Assembly (NCBI GenBank): GCA_963691875.1
Contig: OY829846.1
Location: 3,392,001-3,456,000 of the forward strand
DNA from: Aureliella sp.
GTDB taxonomy: Bacteria; Planctomycetota; Planctomycetia; Pirellulales; Pirellulaceae
Length of the DNA: 64,000 bases
Reading direction: 5' to 3'
In this document: positions 31,201 to 40,982 of the stretch, piece by piece
Numbering within the stretch: position 1 is the first letter of the stretch
Layout of the letters: every line of letters starts with the position of its first letter
Notes under the pieces: model-generated
The model's input: the letters and a program-made list of their open reading frames with translations, nothing else
Database searches by the model: none
Told to the model about the DNA's origin: nothing
Position numbers and translations under genes: made by a program

Positions 31201-31311
31201 GAAGACGTTGTCGCCAAGGAACGCGAAGCTCTCGAGGACTTGAAACAACAACTCGCCGTAGTTCAGGAAACTCTCAAGCGAATACGGGAAGCCCTGGGCG
31301 CATCGGAGTGA
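28210..31311 (+). CDS. valS: Valine--tRNA ligase
   Basis: 'PPPNVTGALHLGH', 'PGTDHAGIATQ', 'ATTRPET', 'DVLDTWFSSALWP', 'GMSKSKGN', C-terminal coiled-coil arm. Confidence 0.98.
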   Translation: MSDLSDSIPNRFDFKQQSGEIYAAWEADGCFHAKPDPGRKPFTIVIPPPNVTGALHLGHALNNTLQDIQVRWHRMRGFEALWMPGTDHAGIATQAVVEKRLKEDENKTRHDLGREKLVERIWDWKAEYETRILNQLRSMGCSCDWERTRFTLDDTCAKAVRTTFADLFAKGLIFRGKRLVNWDTYLQTAVSDDEVFHAVTKGHFWHFKYPVIAPQAGEPTHVTIATTRPETMLGDSAVAVHPEPEKALDAAEAQLRDKLSAAPEKEQEAIQQQLNALAERRTTRLPLLITLAEMAKRGTKLMLPLLNRPIDLIADEWAKPEMGSGCVKITPAHDPNDYEVGLRCGLEMINILNPDGTLNGEAGSYQGLTIKKARTQVVADLEEQGLMVEVEDREIDLAHSDRSKTPIEPYLADQWFVKMDQLAQNAMDAVTDGRVKIFPERYAKGYLDWLSEKRDWPVGRQLWWGHQIPIWTQTFDSAGAATAAADAFNTRPEQAEGLLSATVEAPATVHVCIRDEGHTLESELEQSGYTRQEDVLDTWFSSALWPHSTLGWPDKNADLDYFYPTSTLITSRDIITLWVARMVLMGLNNLGEVPFKEVYIHPKILDGFGEGMSKSKGNGVDPLDVMDKFGPDALRFGLTWLAAETQDVRMPVQYECPHCEEAINQTRKNRELAIIPCPKCNGVFSTQWAKTDEERAQPRGAVLSERFELARNFGNKLWNAARFVMINLEGFEPQQLDIASLPLEDRWILSRLSTTTQKVTEAIGRYHYSDAARLLYDFAWDEFCSYYVEMAKPRFQDPEKKSATQQVLAHTLDQLLRLLHPMVPFITEAIWQQMEQFGSVRCLNGQAEEQKWLMRSSWPEADLSHQDGPIETQFASFVGALGALREIRARQGIKPKDTVRFMINCDADTVALLEPMRPYFKALAGAECEGLGTSFEDLQVPPAQISVDGMEISVDLGDFIDLKAELNRNEKLEANLTKQAGGKEAKLSNENFISRAPEDVVAKEREALEDLKQQLAVVQETLKRIREALGASE

Positions 31312-31836
31312 TTCTCAACCGAACCCGGTGATACGTATCCAAGACTGGAACCAACCTTCGCAGGCTTCTGAATGGGCAGTTGTAGGTGTGCCCAATTGCC
31401 GGCATGAACAGCAGAAAACTTGCTGTTGCCCAGCCCACCGAAGTTGCGAGATAGCTACGAAAAACTGGGATTATGTTTCTTCGCTTCAGCAATATCGCCA
31501 TCGCAATGCTGTACAGCGAAAGAATCGTGGACAGAAGATGTTCGTCGCCAGAAGCCATAAAGGGAAATGGGGCAACGGTTACTCCGATCGCGGTGCGAAT
31601 TATTAGCTCTCACATCGACCACGCTACTAAATAGCGTGGAAACGCGTGCCATCCGTCGTAATGCGTGGGACGACGCGTTGCCATCTGAAACTTGTGGTTT
31701 TCTCAGCATTCTCGAGTCCCTCAGCGTCGAGTTGTTGCAACATTTTGCGAAAGCGAGACAACGCCTACGGCTGAGAGCAGAATAAAACCTTACTTCAAGT
31801 TTCAGGCTGAAAGCTGCTAAGAATCGCGAAAGCAGA

Positions 31837-32241
31837 CTACTCTTTGCCGTAGATTTCTTCGGCTGTTTTGAGCTGTTCTTCGCAGATGGACCAACCTAAC
31901 ACATCCGAAGTTTCAGCATCCTTAGCTTTGCGGAAGAAGCACGAAGCAAAACCTTCGTGACATGGGGCACCGTGCTGGGTGACGAGCAGCAGGATGGCAT
32001 CAGCGTCACAATCGACTCGGATTTCGTGAACATCTTGATAGTGTCCGCTTGTTTCCCCTTTTCGCCAAAGCTCTTGGCGGCTGCGGCTGTAGTAGACGCC
32101 GCGGCGAGTACGTACCGTTTCTTCGTAGGCCTCAGCGTTCATCCAAGCGAGCATCAGAACCTTGCCCGTTTCCGAGTCTTGTGCAATGGCGGGCAAAAGC
32201 CCATCTTTACCGAGTTCGAAATTGGGAACGGGGTCAGTCAA
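31837..32241 (-). CDS. hisI: Phosphoribosyl-AMP cyclohydrolase
   Basis: 'GLLPAIAQD', '[17 protein letters not shown]', 'DCDAD', 'CHEG..SCFF'. Confidence 0.96.
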   Translation of the reverse strand: MTDPVPNFELGKDGLLPAIAQDSETGKVLMLAWMNAEAYEETVRTRRGVYYSRSRQELWRKGETSGHYQDVHEIRVDCDADAILLLVTQHGAPCHEGFASCFFRKAKDAETSDVLGWSICEEQLKTAEEIYGKE

Positions 32242-32547
32242 CGTGATAGCTCCGAGTGGTTGCTGAATATTGATTTGGCATTTTACCTCAGAGCCACCAA
32301 TCCTTTAACTGCTTTTGCACAAGCAGATAATACCATAGACATTTGAGGACGATGGAAGTAAGGACTCAAGCAAGACACATAGACGAGTGAGTGAGTTCAT
32401 AAAAACACGACGGGCAGATGATCGAGTTTTGGCCTCGCCCGAAGGCAATCTTTAACGCCCTGCCGCATAGCCGGCTCGCCCCAAGACCCTAGATCGAATC
32501 TCGCTTGCACGACACGCACGCCGTGTTTGTATTGGTGGTTAGAGCCG

Positions 32548-32847
32548 TCAAGACTTGTTGGGTGGCGGCAATATCAAAGCGTGGAGAAAGATTACGCCAC
32601 CGACCGTGAGGAGAATCCAACCCAGCCAGTGAGGCGGCTGGATGATGCGAGATTTGCTGTCCGCAGACTTATCCATGACCATGTCAGGCGACGAGTCGGC
32701 GGATGCCAACTGAGCTTCAGTTGCGATTTTGGCGATCGCATTGGTGCCAGTTTCATTTAGAACAAAAGAATGCACCATACGAAACTGCATGCCCAACAAT
32801 AATAGCAAGCAGCCAAACATGAAGTAACGATTGCGATTGAAGTCCAT
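32548..32847 (-). CDS. Small two-TM hypothetical membrane protein
   Basis: MDFNRNRYFMFGCLLLLLGMQFR...PPHWLGWILLTVGGVIFLHAL: two hydrophobic helices. Confidence 0.75.
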   Translation of the reverse strand: MDFNRNRYFMFGCLLLLLGMQFRMVHSFVLNETGTNAIAKIATEAQLASADSSPDMVMDKSADSKSRIIQPPHWLGWILLTVGGVIFLHALILPPPNKS

Positions 32848-32942
32848 CAGAAAAGCCTCGTTCTCAATTGCGAGAATCCCAATATCTCAGCTTTTCTGTC
32901 ATCGGCGCAGAAGCCTCGGCCAATGAGTCGCTCTAGCAAATG

Positions 32943-33914
32943 TCAGTTTGGTCGGAGCGTAGCGATTGTAGCGGATCCTTGGCTTGCAGGCTTTGACGCA
33001 ATCCCGCCGGTTCGGGATACTGCGGTGAAGTGCTCGCGCAGTTGTTGCCGCAAATCTGGAACCTCGTTCAACAAAGCTCGTTGAAGATCAAATACTTTGA
33101 CCGGTTGGCTCTCCACAGCGTTTCCCGTCAAGGCTTGCTTAGGAAACGCTCGGTGCTCGGACAAGTATCGCAAGAGCAACCCGCGTGTCTGAGCACTTCG
33201 GTGCAACATAAAGTGCACCCAAGCCCAACTGTCTCGATAGTCCGAATTGCGAAGCTTCGCAAAGTTTACCTTCTGCTGCAGCGTCGTAAGTGACTGAAGC
33301 TGGCCTTTCCCCGATATAGCTCGCACATCAGATAAATAGCTATTGCCGCCAAATCGATCCTCTCTGCTCGCCTCAAAGTACTCTGCGAGGCCCTCGTCGA
33401 GCCACAGCGGCAGTGTTACTCCCGATTGATTGATCAGGGCATGAGTGACTTCGTGTCGGAGGTCCGCAGCGACGCCTGAATGCCAATGAGTAAACAACAT
33501 TCCTGGACCGCGGTGTTGTAAGAAAAGCGCTCTGCGATGCGGGAGTTCTGGGAAATAAGCTCCCATGTAACGACGATATTCTTCCTCGGTCGAAAACAGC
33601 ACAATGTGAATCGTCTCGCTACTCTGAGGCAGCTTCAGCAAATCTTCAACGTCTGCTCTGATTTGCCCCAACTCAATGATCAATTGCTTTTGTGATTTGA
33701 GTGCGAAGTCAGCATGGATCTCAAATCGTCCAACACGCAGTTCGTCCCTCCACTTCGCAATCTCTTCGCCGTGCAGCACGTTGCATACCGCGAGGAAGGA
33801 CAAAAGCGCAAGGTACGACTCTCGCAGGACCATGGAGGGACTTAAGCAATGTGGGAAGGAGACCGAAACGCTTACACAGGGCGGGAGTTTAGTTGAAGCA
33901 ACCGGCGCAGCCAT
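32943..33914 (-). CDS. DUF1570 / peptidase-MA-like zinc metalloprotease-fold protein
   Basis: HExxH 'LRHEVTHAL' followed by 'PLWLDEGLAEYFE' and 'SWAWVHFM'. Confidence 0.8.
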   Translation of the reverse strand: MAAPVASTKLPPCVSVSVSFPHCLSPSMVLRESYLALLSFLAVCNVLHGEEIAKWRDELRVGRFEIHADFALKSQKQLIIELGQIRADVEDLLKLPQSSETIHIVLFSTEEEYRRYMGAYFPELPHRRALFLQHRGPGMLFTHWHSGVAADLRHEVTHALINQSGVTLPLWLDEGLAEYFEASREDRFGGNSYLSDVRAISGKGQLQSLTTLQQKVNFAKLRNSDYRDSWAWVHFMLHRSAQTRGLLLRYLSEHRAFPKQALTGNAVESQPVKVFDLQRALLNEVPDLRQQLREHFTAVSRTGGIASKPASQGSATIATLRPN

Positions 33915-34051
33915 AGATCAAACCCATCGCGATCCGATTCTGTGCATTGCTAGCAATTTTGTGGCGAAGGGTTAGATGCGGTAAGGAGGATAGCCCTTCA
34001 GACATATCCATGCTGTGGACATGATACATATCTAAGTGTTTTGGTGCAGGA

Positions 34052-35210
34052 TTGATGAGAAGGTGGAAGCAAACTTGCTGTCGCGTTGCAATAATCGCTC
34101 GTAGCAACCATTTTCTGTTGGCAGGAATACCTGCGCCGTTGCCTGACAAGATAACGCTGGAAGAAACACTTGCTCGTCCCATCACCGAGCGACTTCAAGC
34201 ACTATTGTTATTTTTAGTTGGCCTCGTCATTTCTGTTCTCGCAGTTCGCTGGCTTCGGAACCGCCTGCAAAAAGATCTTGAGTGGCTACCAAGGCTCACA
34301 TTCTCTCGGGGCATCGCGTTCGTCACGATCTGGGGATTCGGTTTCGTGCTGATCCTAACGATGATCTCTGGTGCACGCGAGCTATCCATGCCCGGGGCTA
34401 GGCGGCAGCAGGGATTCACCTACAAGATGGACGCCGAACCGAAAACAATCAACGAGACGCAGCGAGCAGAGCGAATGTTGCTGTTGTTCCGAGAATTGGT
34501 AGAGCTCAAGGGCGAAAACTGGCCCAAGAACTAGGGTGGCGTTCCTTCCGATCTTTGTGAGCTGCCAGGTAGAGATCTCATCCTTTTCGGATGGCTCTTG
34601 TTTCTTAATGAAAATCTTCCTCAAGCGCGATTCCGATGGGAAGGCTGGCTAGTGTTCGGATCGGTAACAGTTCTTTTGATCGTCTTGGTTTACTACTTTT
34701 AATGGTGGGTTGCTCGATCTGTTTCCGTAAACCGCCCAAGCGAGGCGCGTGGTTCGTGGGGTTGGCGTTCTAGCTTGCTGTTGGTTGCACTGGTCTACGC
34801 GATGTTTGTCGCTGGCTTGGCAGCAACTGGAATTGTGCATCAGGTCGGCTAGCTCGCGACAGCGCCGTCGGAGTGATACGTCCGCCGAGTAAACGATGAC
34901 AGCTAGTCTTCGCTTGCGAGGGATTTACGCTGTCGCACTACGTAGGTAATTGCAGTGTTTAAAATTGGGAGCGAAGACGCGAGACCTTCGCGGCAACACT
35001 TTGTTGATCGGAGAAGTGAACACGGATTTCAAAGCCTGGGGGCAACCCGACCAACTTGCGAGATCTTTGGCTGGGATTGAAGCGGTACCCCGATGGCTTC
35101 GGAGGCCCCGCCCACCTTCTATCTGCCATGCTTACCTTGGCAGATGGAAGCATGCAGGAAATCGTTCAGAATATCGATGTAAAAGTGCTTCAACGGCTAT
35201 CTGTCGGTAA
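34052..35210 (+). pseudogene. Decayed, fused remnants of a planctomycete membrane protein and a DUF1559 (H-X9-DG C-terminus) protein
   Basis: 'LPRLTFSRG...VLILTMISGARELSMPGA..QG.TYK', TAG at 34532-34534, then 'LILFGW', 'MFVAGLAATGIVHQVG*LAT' (TAG 34850-34852), 'NTLLIGEV...KAWGQP', 'DGFGGPAH..AMLTLADGSMQEIVQNIDVKVL', spread over several frames. Confidence 0.65.
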
Positions 35211-35493
35211 GTCGCGAGCCAAATCTCTTAACCGCGTATGGCTAACCAGAATCTTTCACCCCGAGTTCGTTCTCTAGCAGTATTCCCTTGCCCGAATACG
35301 CTTCCATTCTTAGAAGCTCTCCTGCCGGTCGTCGAAGGCTTTCCCGCCACATCCGGCCGTGTTTGATGTAGCGGTTGTGCCTATTGCGCGGGAACCAACT
35401 ACACTGCTCGGTCCAATCCTGTGATCTGAGACACACAGTGCCCCGCTTCTTTTTGCCTAGCCCTCATATTTACAGGGTTCCAGGGGGCATACG

Positions 35494-36153
35494 ATGCAAA
35501 TCGACATTCTAACACGACGACGCGAATTTCTGACCACGCTTGGTGTAGGTCTACTTGCCCCGCCTTGGCTGTGCGATGATCAAACTAGTGCGTCCGCGAA
35601 TTCTGAATCTACCTTTGTCGATTGGAAGGAGTTGGCTGAGCAGGGCGAAAGATTCGAACACTGGACTCCAGAGCAGGATCAAACCTGGAAGTGGTATACG
35701 CTAGAGCGTTACAAAAATGGCATTTGGAAGACCGTGGGCCGAACTTTGCCAATCCATCTCAAGACCGGCAAACCGTTTGATAAGCCCGAAGGATACTTAA
35801 GCCCGGATGCGGTCCCCGAATATGTCTTGGAGAGTACTTTGCCAACGCTCCCCAAACAGCTTCGCAAGAGCCTCAAGCCTTCACAATGGGATGTCGATGG
35901 CCATGATTCGCGCCAGCCCGATCCGCTTATTCGCGCTCGAGATGGCAAGCCGCCGAGCGATTGGTTGACGAGTCTTCATGCTGCGGAATTGCGAACTTGG
36001 CTGGCTACGATAGAGCCTTCCGAGGCAGGCGTCAGTGGCATGACATTCTGGGTTCACTTGGTGCGTGATCATAGCTTCGATCCGCGGCATATCAACGGAT
36101 TGACCGAAGACGAGTTCCATATACTCCATTCCGCCGCACACGAAGGTTATTGA
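35494..36153 (+). CDS. Hypothetical protein with twin-arginine signal
   Basis: 'TRRREFLTTLGVGLL', SD-like CAGGGGG upstream, His-rich C-terminus. Confidence 0.75.
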   Translation: MQIDILTRRREFLTTLGVGLLAPPWLCDDQTSASANSESTFVDWKELAEQGERFEHWTPEQDQTWKWYTLERYKNGIWKTVGRTLPIHLKTGKPFDKPEGYLSPDAVPEYVLESTLPTLPKQLRKSLKPSQWDVDGHDSRQPDPLIRARDGKPPSDWLTSLHAAELRTWLATIEPSEAGVSGMTFWVHLVRDHSFDPRHINGLTEDEFHILHSAAHEGY

Positions 36154-36246
36154 TTTTCAGGTCAAATGGTAAGCGGCTTAGCCGCGATACGCATTCAGAG
36201 GGACTCAGTCGCTTGCTCGTCCTGCTTGAGCTGAGCGGCTTTGGCG

Positions 36247-36984
36247 CTAGTCTGGTTTTTCTATCGTCGAGGTAGGGACGTGCCCGGGTTGAAAAACGTA
36301 GCTCTTCTCACGCGGTGACATGCGGACGGGCACCGCTACGGAGCCACCTGCAGGCTGCGGCGATGCCGTGCCCGAAACGAGCTTTGCCACTCGATCGGCG
36401 TTGAGAACCTCGGCAAGTGCCATGGACTCACTGGGCCAATCCAACAACTTTCGGTTCAAGGATTGATCAATTTGAGAAGGCGTCGTTCGCGCGAATGGAG
36501 AAGCAGCAAGACTGTTGACCGAAGCGGCAGAAATCTGCGCTTCAGCGACGTTTGGCAGCGGAGCCTTTGCTTGTGAACGAGGCTGAGAAATCCAGGTTGG
36601 CAATTCTGGAAAAACTGGCGCATCAGACTTCGGTGCTGAGCTCGTTAATCCGTCAGCGACAAGTTCCTCTAAGTCTGACTCTTGCCGCTCCCAATTAGGC
36701 CGTGGATACCCCGGCGAAAGCTGGGAGGAAAACTCTCCCGATGAAACCATTTTGACTTTGGCTGCCGAATTGTTTGATGCCTTCGAATCGGCTGGTATTG
36801 CCTGACTGGGCTCGAAGGCGCGTGCGGTTGACGATTCGGCTTCAGCCAAGATCTGAGAAGAAACCTGGTCGGCAGGCACGCGCAGAAAGGGATAAGCGCA
36901 CAACGCACCGAGACCGAGCGTCACCATAGCCCAAAAGGCGGATTGAGGAGATTGCATGGCGCTTGTCTTCCTTGGCAGAGCCAA
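36247..36984 (-). CDS. Hypothetical protein with N-terminal membrane anchor, Pro/Ser/Ala-rich
   Basis: 'AFWAMVTLGLGALCAYPF' followed by low-complexity sequence. Confidence 0.6.
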   Translation of the reverse strand: MALPRKTSAMQSPQSAFWAMVTLGLGALCAYPFLRVPADQVSSQILAEAESSTARAFEPSQAIPADSKASNNSAAKVKMVSSGEFSSQLSPGYPRPNWERQESDLEELVADGLTSSAPKSDAPVFPELPTWISQPRSQAKAPLPNVAEAQISAASVNSLAASPFARTTPSQIDQSLNRKLLDWPSESMALAEVLNADRVAKLVSGTASPQPAGGSVAVPVRMSPREKSYVFQPGHVPTSTIEKPD

Positions 36985-37266
36985 CGAGACATGTCGCTTG
37001 TGCCACGTCCTTGCGCTATAGCGACCGATTCAGAATTCGCGCCAACCCATGGCTGCGAAGAGTAGGGAGCCTAGCTCGGAACTAGATCTCTCCAATCTCG
37101 TTCGGCAAGACGCTAGGCTTCTTCACAGGCTTTTGCGCAGATTTCCCATACTGCTCGTAGCGAAAGAGATCACAGTTAAGCAGACAGTAGCGATTGCGGA
37201 GCGAAAAGGCCTTGCGGCACACCAGCCATGGTGAGACACACCAGAATCCTTGGCTGAGGCCACAAA

Positions 37267-37294
37267 CAAAGCCGTAGCTCTCGCCACGGCTTTG
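37267..37294 (-). terminator. Rho-independent terminator of amtB
   Basis: Minus-strand hairpin CAAAGCCGT-GGCGAGAGCT-ACGGCTTTG followed by TTTG, ~30 nt past the amtB stop. Confidence 0.7.
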
Positions 37295-37326
37295 AAATAT
37301 CTGGATGCGATAGGCCTTAGCTTCGC

Positions 37327-38826
37327 TTACAGGAAGATGTAACCCTCTTCCCCGTGCTCGGTTACATCCAAACCTTGGCGTTCCGCGTTGGCTTCAACAC
37401 GAAGACCGATCACTGCGTCAATGATCTTTAGCAGGATGAAACTCAATACGGCAGCGAATACAAAAGTGACCGCCACTGCAACGACTTGACCGACGATCGT
37501 CGAATAGTTGCCTTCGATCATTCCAAGCGGCTTGCCCTCTCCTTCGAAGTCCCAGATGGCTCGCGTGGCGAAAACACCGGTCGGCACGGCACCGAGTGTA
37601 CCGCCAACTCCGTGAACACCAAAAGCATCCAAGGAATCGTCGTACTTTAGTTTTGTCTTCAGGACCGCACAGGCGAGGTAGCATACGACGCCAGCTAGTG
37701 CTCCCATAATCAGCGATGGCATCAATTGCACGAAGCCTGCAGCTGGAGTGATGCAAACTAATCCGGCTACTGCACCAGAGCTTGCACCGAGTAAAGTCGG
37801 TTTGCCGCGTTGTAGCCATTCAGTGCAAGCCCAGGCAATGGCTCCTGCTGCGGCGGCGAAGTGCGTGACGGCGAAAGCGCTTGAAGTGATACCGTCGACC
37901 ATCAGTTCACTCCCCGCGTTGAAACCGAACCAACCGACCCAAAGCATCGAAGCACCGAGAGCAGTGTAGGTCAAGTTGTGAGGCGGCATCGGTTCTGTGC
38001 CGTGTCCGATACGTGGGCCAATCAAGATACAAGCTACCAGAGCGGTGACACCAGAGCTGATATGTACGACTGTACCGCCCGCGAAGTCGAGAGCCCCGCC
38101 AGCAATCGCATGTTTTTCTGCGTAAGCCAGAATCCCACCACCCCAGACCCAGTGACAGAGCGGGCAGTAAACAAAAGTACCCCATAAGATCGAGAAGACG
38201 ACCATCGCACTAAACTTCATCCGTTCGGCAAAGGCACCGCAGATCAGCGCAGGAGTAATGATAAAGAACATTCCTTGAAACAGCATGTGCGTCAACATTG
38301 GTATCTCGCCATTCATCGGAGTCAAGGCAACGCCCTGGGCGTCATCCCAAACCCGAGCGACTCCGTTCATGAACAAGTAGTCAAAGTTTCCGATGTAAGG
38401 ATTGCCCCCGCCAAATGCCAGTGAGTAGCCGTAGATAGCCCAGATGCAGGTCATGAGCCCCATCAAGAAGATGCACTGCATCAGAACGCTGAGCACATTC
38501 TTCTTTCGAACCAGACCACCGTAGAACATGGCGAGTCCGGGCGCGGTCATAAACAACACCAAAGCACATGAGAGAAGCATCCAAGCGTTGTGTGCGGGCT
38601 TTCCGCCTGCGGATAGCTCCGCGTCGGTCAACAAAACTGGAGTTTCCTCTGCTTCTTCGCCACTATCAGAATCAGCTGCTTCGGTTGCCGTTTGTTTGTT
38701 TGCGTCTTCGTCGGAATCGCCAGTTTGAGCGAATGCGGATGAGGCAACGAAGCCCAAGAATAAAATTGCTAGTGGTGGTAGCAGCGAAAACTGAGTCAGT
38801 CTCCGCCTTAAAAAATGCAAGCTCAC
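37327..38826 (-). CDS. amtB: Ammonium transporter
   Basis: 'LVLFMTAPGLAMFYGGLVRKKN', 'GAFAER', 'DFAGGTVVH', 'WVGWFGFNAGS', 'DDSLDAFGVHG', 'GLDVTEHGE'. Both pore His residues are present. Confidence 0.97.
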   Translation of the reverse strand: MSLHFLRRRLTQFSLLPPLAILFLGFVASSAFAQTGDSDEDANKQTATEAADSDSGEEAEETPVLLTDAELSAGGKPAHNAWMLLSCALVLFMTAPGLAMFYGGLVRKKNVLSVLMQCIFLMGLMTCIWAIYGYSLAFGGGNPYIGNFDYLFMNGVARVWDDAQGVALTPMNGEIPMLTHMLFQGMFFIITPALICGAFAERMKFSAMVVFSILWGTFVYCPLCHWVWGGGILAYAEKHAIAGGALDFAGGTVVHISSGVTALVACILIGPRIGHGTEPMPPHNLTYTALGASMLWVGWFGFNAGSELMVDGITSSAFAVTHFAAAAGAIAWACTEWLQRGKPTLLGASSGAVAGLVCITPAAGFVQLMPSLIMGALAGVVCYLACAVLKTKLKYDDSLDAFGVHGVGGTLGAVPTGVFATRAIWDFEGEGKPLGMIEGNYSTIVGQVVAVAVTFVFAAVLSFILLKIIDAVIGLRVEANAERQGLDVTEHGEEGYIFL

Positions 38827-39477
38827 TATTTGATACTCCCTGTAGGATCACGATGAAAAATGCCGATGGAGCTCTTCCGCCTCGATTTCCATTTGGCAAC
38901 GCATTGGGTAGGAACGGGGGACCATCCCGAGGAAACAGTTCGCTGCTCAGCTCAGGACTAGCGCATACGCCTTCATCATGAGCTACCAGGGAAATATCAA
39001 CCAAGGAAGATCGCTATTCTGGTGGTAGAGTCGCGATTAGAATCCACCGGCCTCAATTCAACGACTTGCATCAAAGATTGGCAGGCCGACCGCTCGCTCC
39101 TCGCTGGCAATGAAGCGGCTTCAAAAAGTCACCTGAGGGAAATTGCAGAAATGGAGGGGCAAAATTCAGGAGATCCGCCTCTTGGATACCGCCAAATACC
39201 TTGAGGTCAGCGTAAGAGGCTAAACAATGTTGAGCCTAAAGGGAATGACCAGGAGACGCTTTTTCAGGGCCAATCAAAGTTTCACTGTCTATGGCAGCCA
39301 TTCGCTCGGTGAATGTATGCTGCTATGGCCGAGCCTAAGTCGACCTACGTAGAACCCCTGATTCGCCTTGGTCGCTTTTCGAATGAACGACGTCCGACCC
39401 AGCAAGCAAGCTGTCCACCGATATCCATCCGCCAAATTCCCCCATACGGATTAACCTCTCATTCAACTGGAAAAGCT

Positions 39478-39981
39478 GTGACACAAACTTCGCTACTAAC
39501 GGCCTATCGCTCCTCAATGGTTGAACAGCTGAGAGATGGCATGGTCAAGATCGATCACTGCCTGCAGCAACTCTCGCCCGAAGATATTTGGACGCGCCCC
39601 AACGGTCACATGAATAGCATCGCGAACTTGTTGTTGCACTTAGCGGGTAACGTCCGTCAGTGGCTGATCTGTGGCTTAAGTGACCAGCCAGATTTGCGAA
39701 ATCGACAACAGGAATTTGATGACCGATCCAAAAGAGAACCTCGCGAGCTATTTGGAGTGCTTCGTAAGACGATCGAGGAAGCCTGCAGTGAAATCAACAG
39801 GCAAAGCGAAGAGAGTCTGTTGGCGGTCCGTCGAGTTCAACAGTTTGAATGCGACGGATTGCAGACGATTGCTGACTCAGTCTGTCACTTTCGCGGCCAT
39901 GTACAGGAGATCATTCACATGACACGCGTGCTGAAGGAAGATGCTTATCAATTTCACTTCGTGCCTGAGAACCCCGAGTGA
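39478..39981 (+). CDS. DinB/DUF1572 family protein
   Basis: 'NSIANLLLHLAGNVRQW', 'RNRQQEF', 'HFRGHVQEIIHM'. Start uncertain (39478 or 39517). Confidence 0.85.
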   Translation: MTQTSLLTAYRSSMVEQLRDGMVKIDHCLQQLSPEDIWTRPNGHMNSIANLLLHLAGNVRQWLICGLSDQPDLRNRQQEFDDRSKREPRELFGVLRKTIEEACSEINRQSEESLLAVRRVQQFECDGLQTIADSVCHFRGHVQEIIHMTRVLKEDAYQFHFVPENPE

Positions 39982-40982
39982 AGCTGGGGTAATGATTTAA
40001 CTCGTTCTTTTTGGGGCACGATACCTTCATCTCGCAAGCTGTCTGTAGCTATTACCCAACCAACGCAAGCCACTTCTGCAAACACTTGCACTAAACGCAC
40101 AGTCACTGCCAACATGATGCCCGTGCCGAGTGGCAACCATGGAAGTAGCAGGACCGCAAGGCAACATTCACGATGAACCCAGCCTTGCGTCGACATGCTG
40201 GCGAAGAGTCCCCGCAGCCAAGCGCAGCTTGAAACTGCAATCAGAACCGCAAGCGAGATTCTTGGTGCGGCAACGCCAGCAGGGAGACAACGTAGCAAGC
40301 AGCTTAGCATCAAACCATTCAAACAAGCAATTGCTGCGTAGAACAGAACCGCTCGAGCAAAGGCACTAAATCGATACGTACCCGAACGGAGTGTTACGAA
40401 ACGTCGGCGGATGTACTTTTTGATGCTCTGTATCTTCCTCCACCCTAGAAAACTCACCGGTAGAGAAATCAAAGTGAGCGATAGCCAAATGCTCAAACTC
40501 ACTTCTACATGGAACGACTTTGCAAACACTTCGGGCAATGCCAGCCATAATCCAGGAAGACTCACCAGCGTCAAAGCCAACGCCAGCAAGATCAACTCCA
40601 AGAACCGAGAAGCCGAAGCGTTCGAAACGGAAACTCCCACCTTGGGCGCCAAAGACGAGCGCGTCGCGTAGCCCCAGTTTCGACTCGGCAGCCATTTCCG
40701 CGAATCCGTTAGTAGCCAAATCCGCGTGGCTAACTCTGCTTTAGCAGGCTGGTTCATAATATTTAGCACGACGACCCATCCAAAGGCTGTCATCACTCGG
40801 TGCAAAATCGCCAAAGCGCAAGCCAGCGAGAAAGCTGTGGACATCCAATTCGGTGCGGCCGCCCAGTGGTCCCATTGCAGTACCGTTGCCACAGTCAATC
40901 CGATGATCGCGACAGCGGCAATTCGAGAAACTTTCAGATGGTTGGTCTGTTCTCTGCGTGTTCGACATGCAGACATGGCCAA
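39954..40982 (-). CDS. Lysylphosphatidylglycerol-synthase TM (flippase-like) membrane protein, possibly degenerate
   Basis: Multi-TM pattern. 'KWLPSRNW' and 'STQGWVHRECCL' correspond to the family's 'KYLPG..W' and 'PGGLGVRE' but are eroded. Confidence 0.6.
   Translation of the reverse strand: MAMSACRTRREQTNHLKVSRIAAVAIIGLTVATVLQWDHWAAAPNWMSTAFSLACALAILHRVMTAFGWVVVLNIMNQPAKAELATRIWLLTDSRKWLPSRNWGYATRSSLAPKVGVSVSNASASRFLELILLALALTLVSLPGLWLALPEVFAKSFHVEVSLSIWLSLTLISLPVSFLGWRKIQSIKKYIRRRFVTLRSGTYRFSAFARAVLFYAAIACLNGLMLSCLLRCLPAGVAAPRISLAVLIAVSSCAWLRGLFASMSTQGWVHRECCLAVLLLPWLPLGTGIMLAVTVRLVQVFAEVACVGWVIATDSLRDEGIVPQKERVKSLPQLHSGFSGTK

Noticed and set aside
31328..31606. Cys-rich 92-aa ORF (KTCCCPAHRSC) as a RiPP or metallothionein
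   Set aside because: No SD or modifying enzymes nearby. The opposite strand looks more like a decayed membrane gene.
12454..34852. In-frame TAG codons at positions where Trp or Tyr is expected (12454, 19173, 34850), suggesting amber recoding
   Set aside because: The same loci also contain frameshifts, and many intact genes end in TAG. Point mutation in pseudogenes is the simpler explanation.
38827..39312. Glutamine riboswitch, sigma-54 promoter or NtrC site upstream of amtB
   Set aside because: Only a weak TGC-N11-GCA (~39067-39083). No proper -24/-12 element or glnA-motif match. No glnK adjacent.
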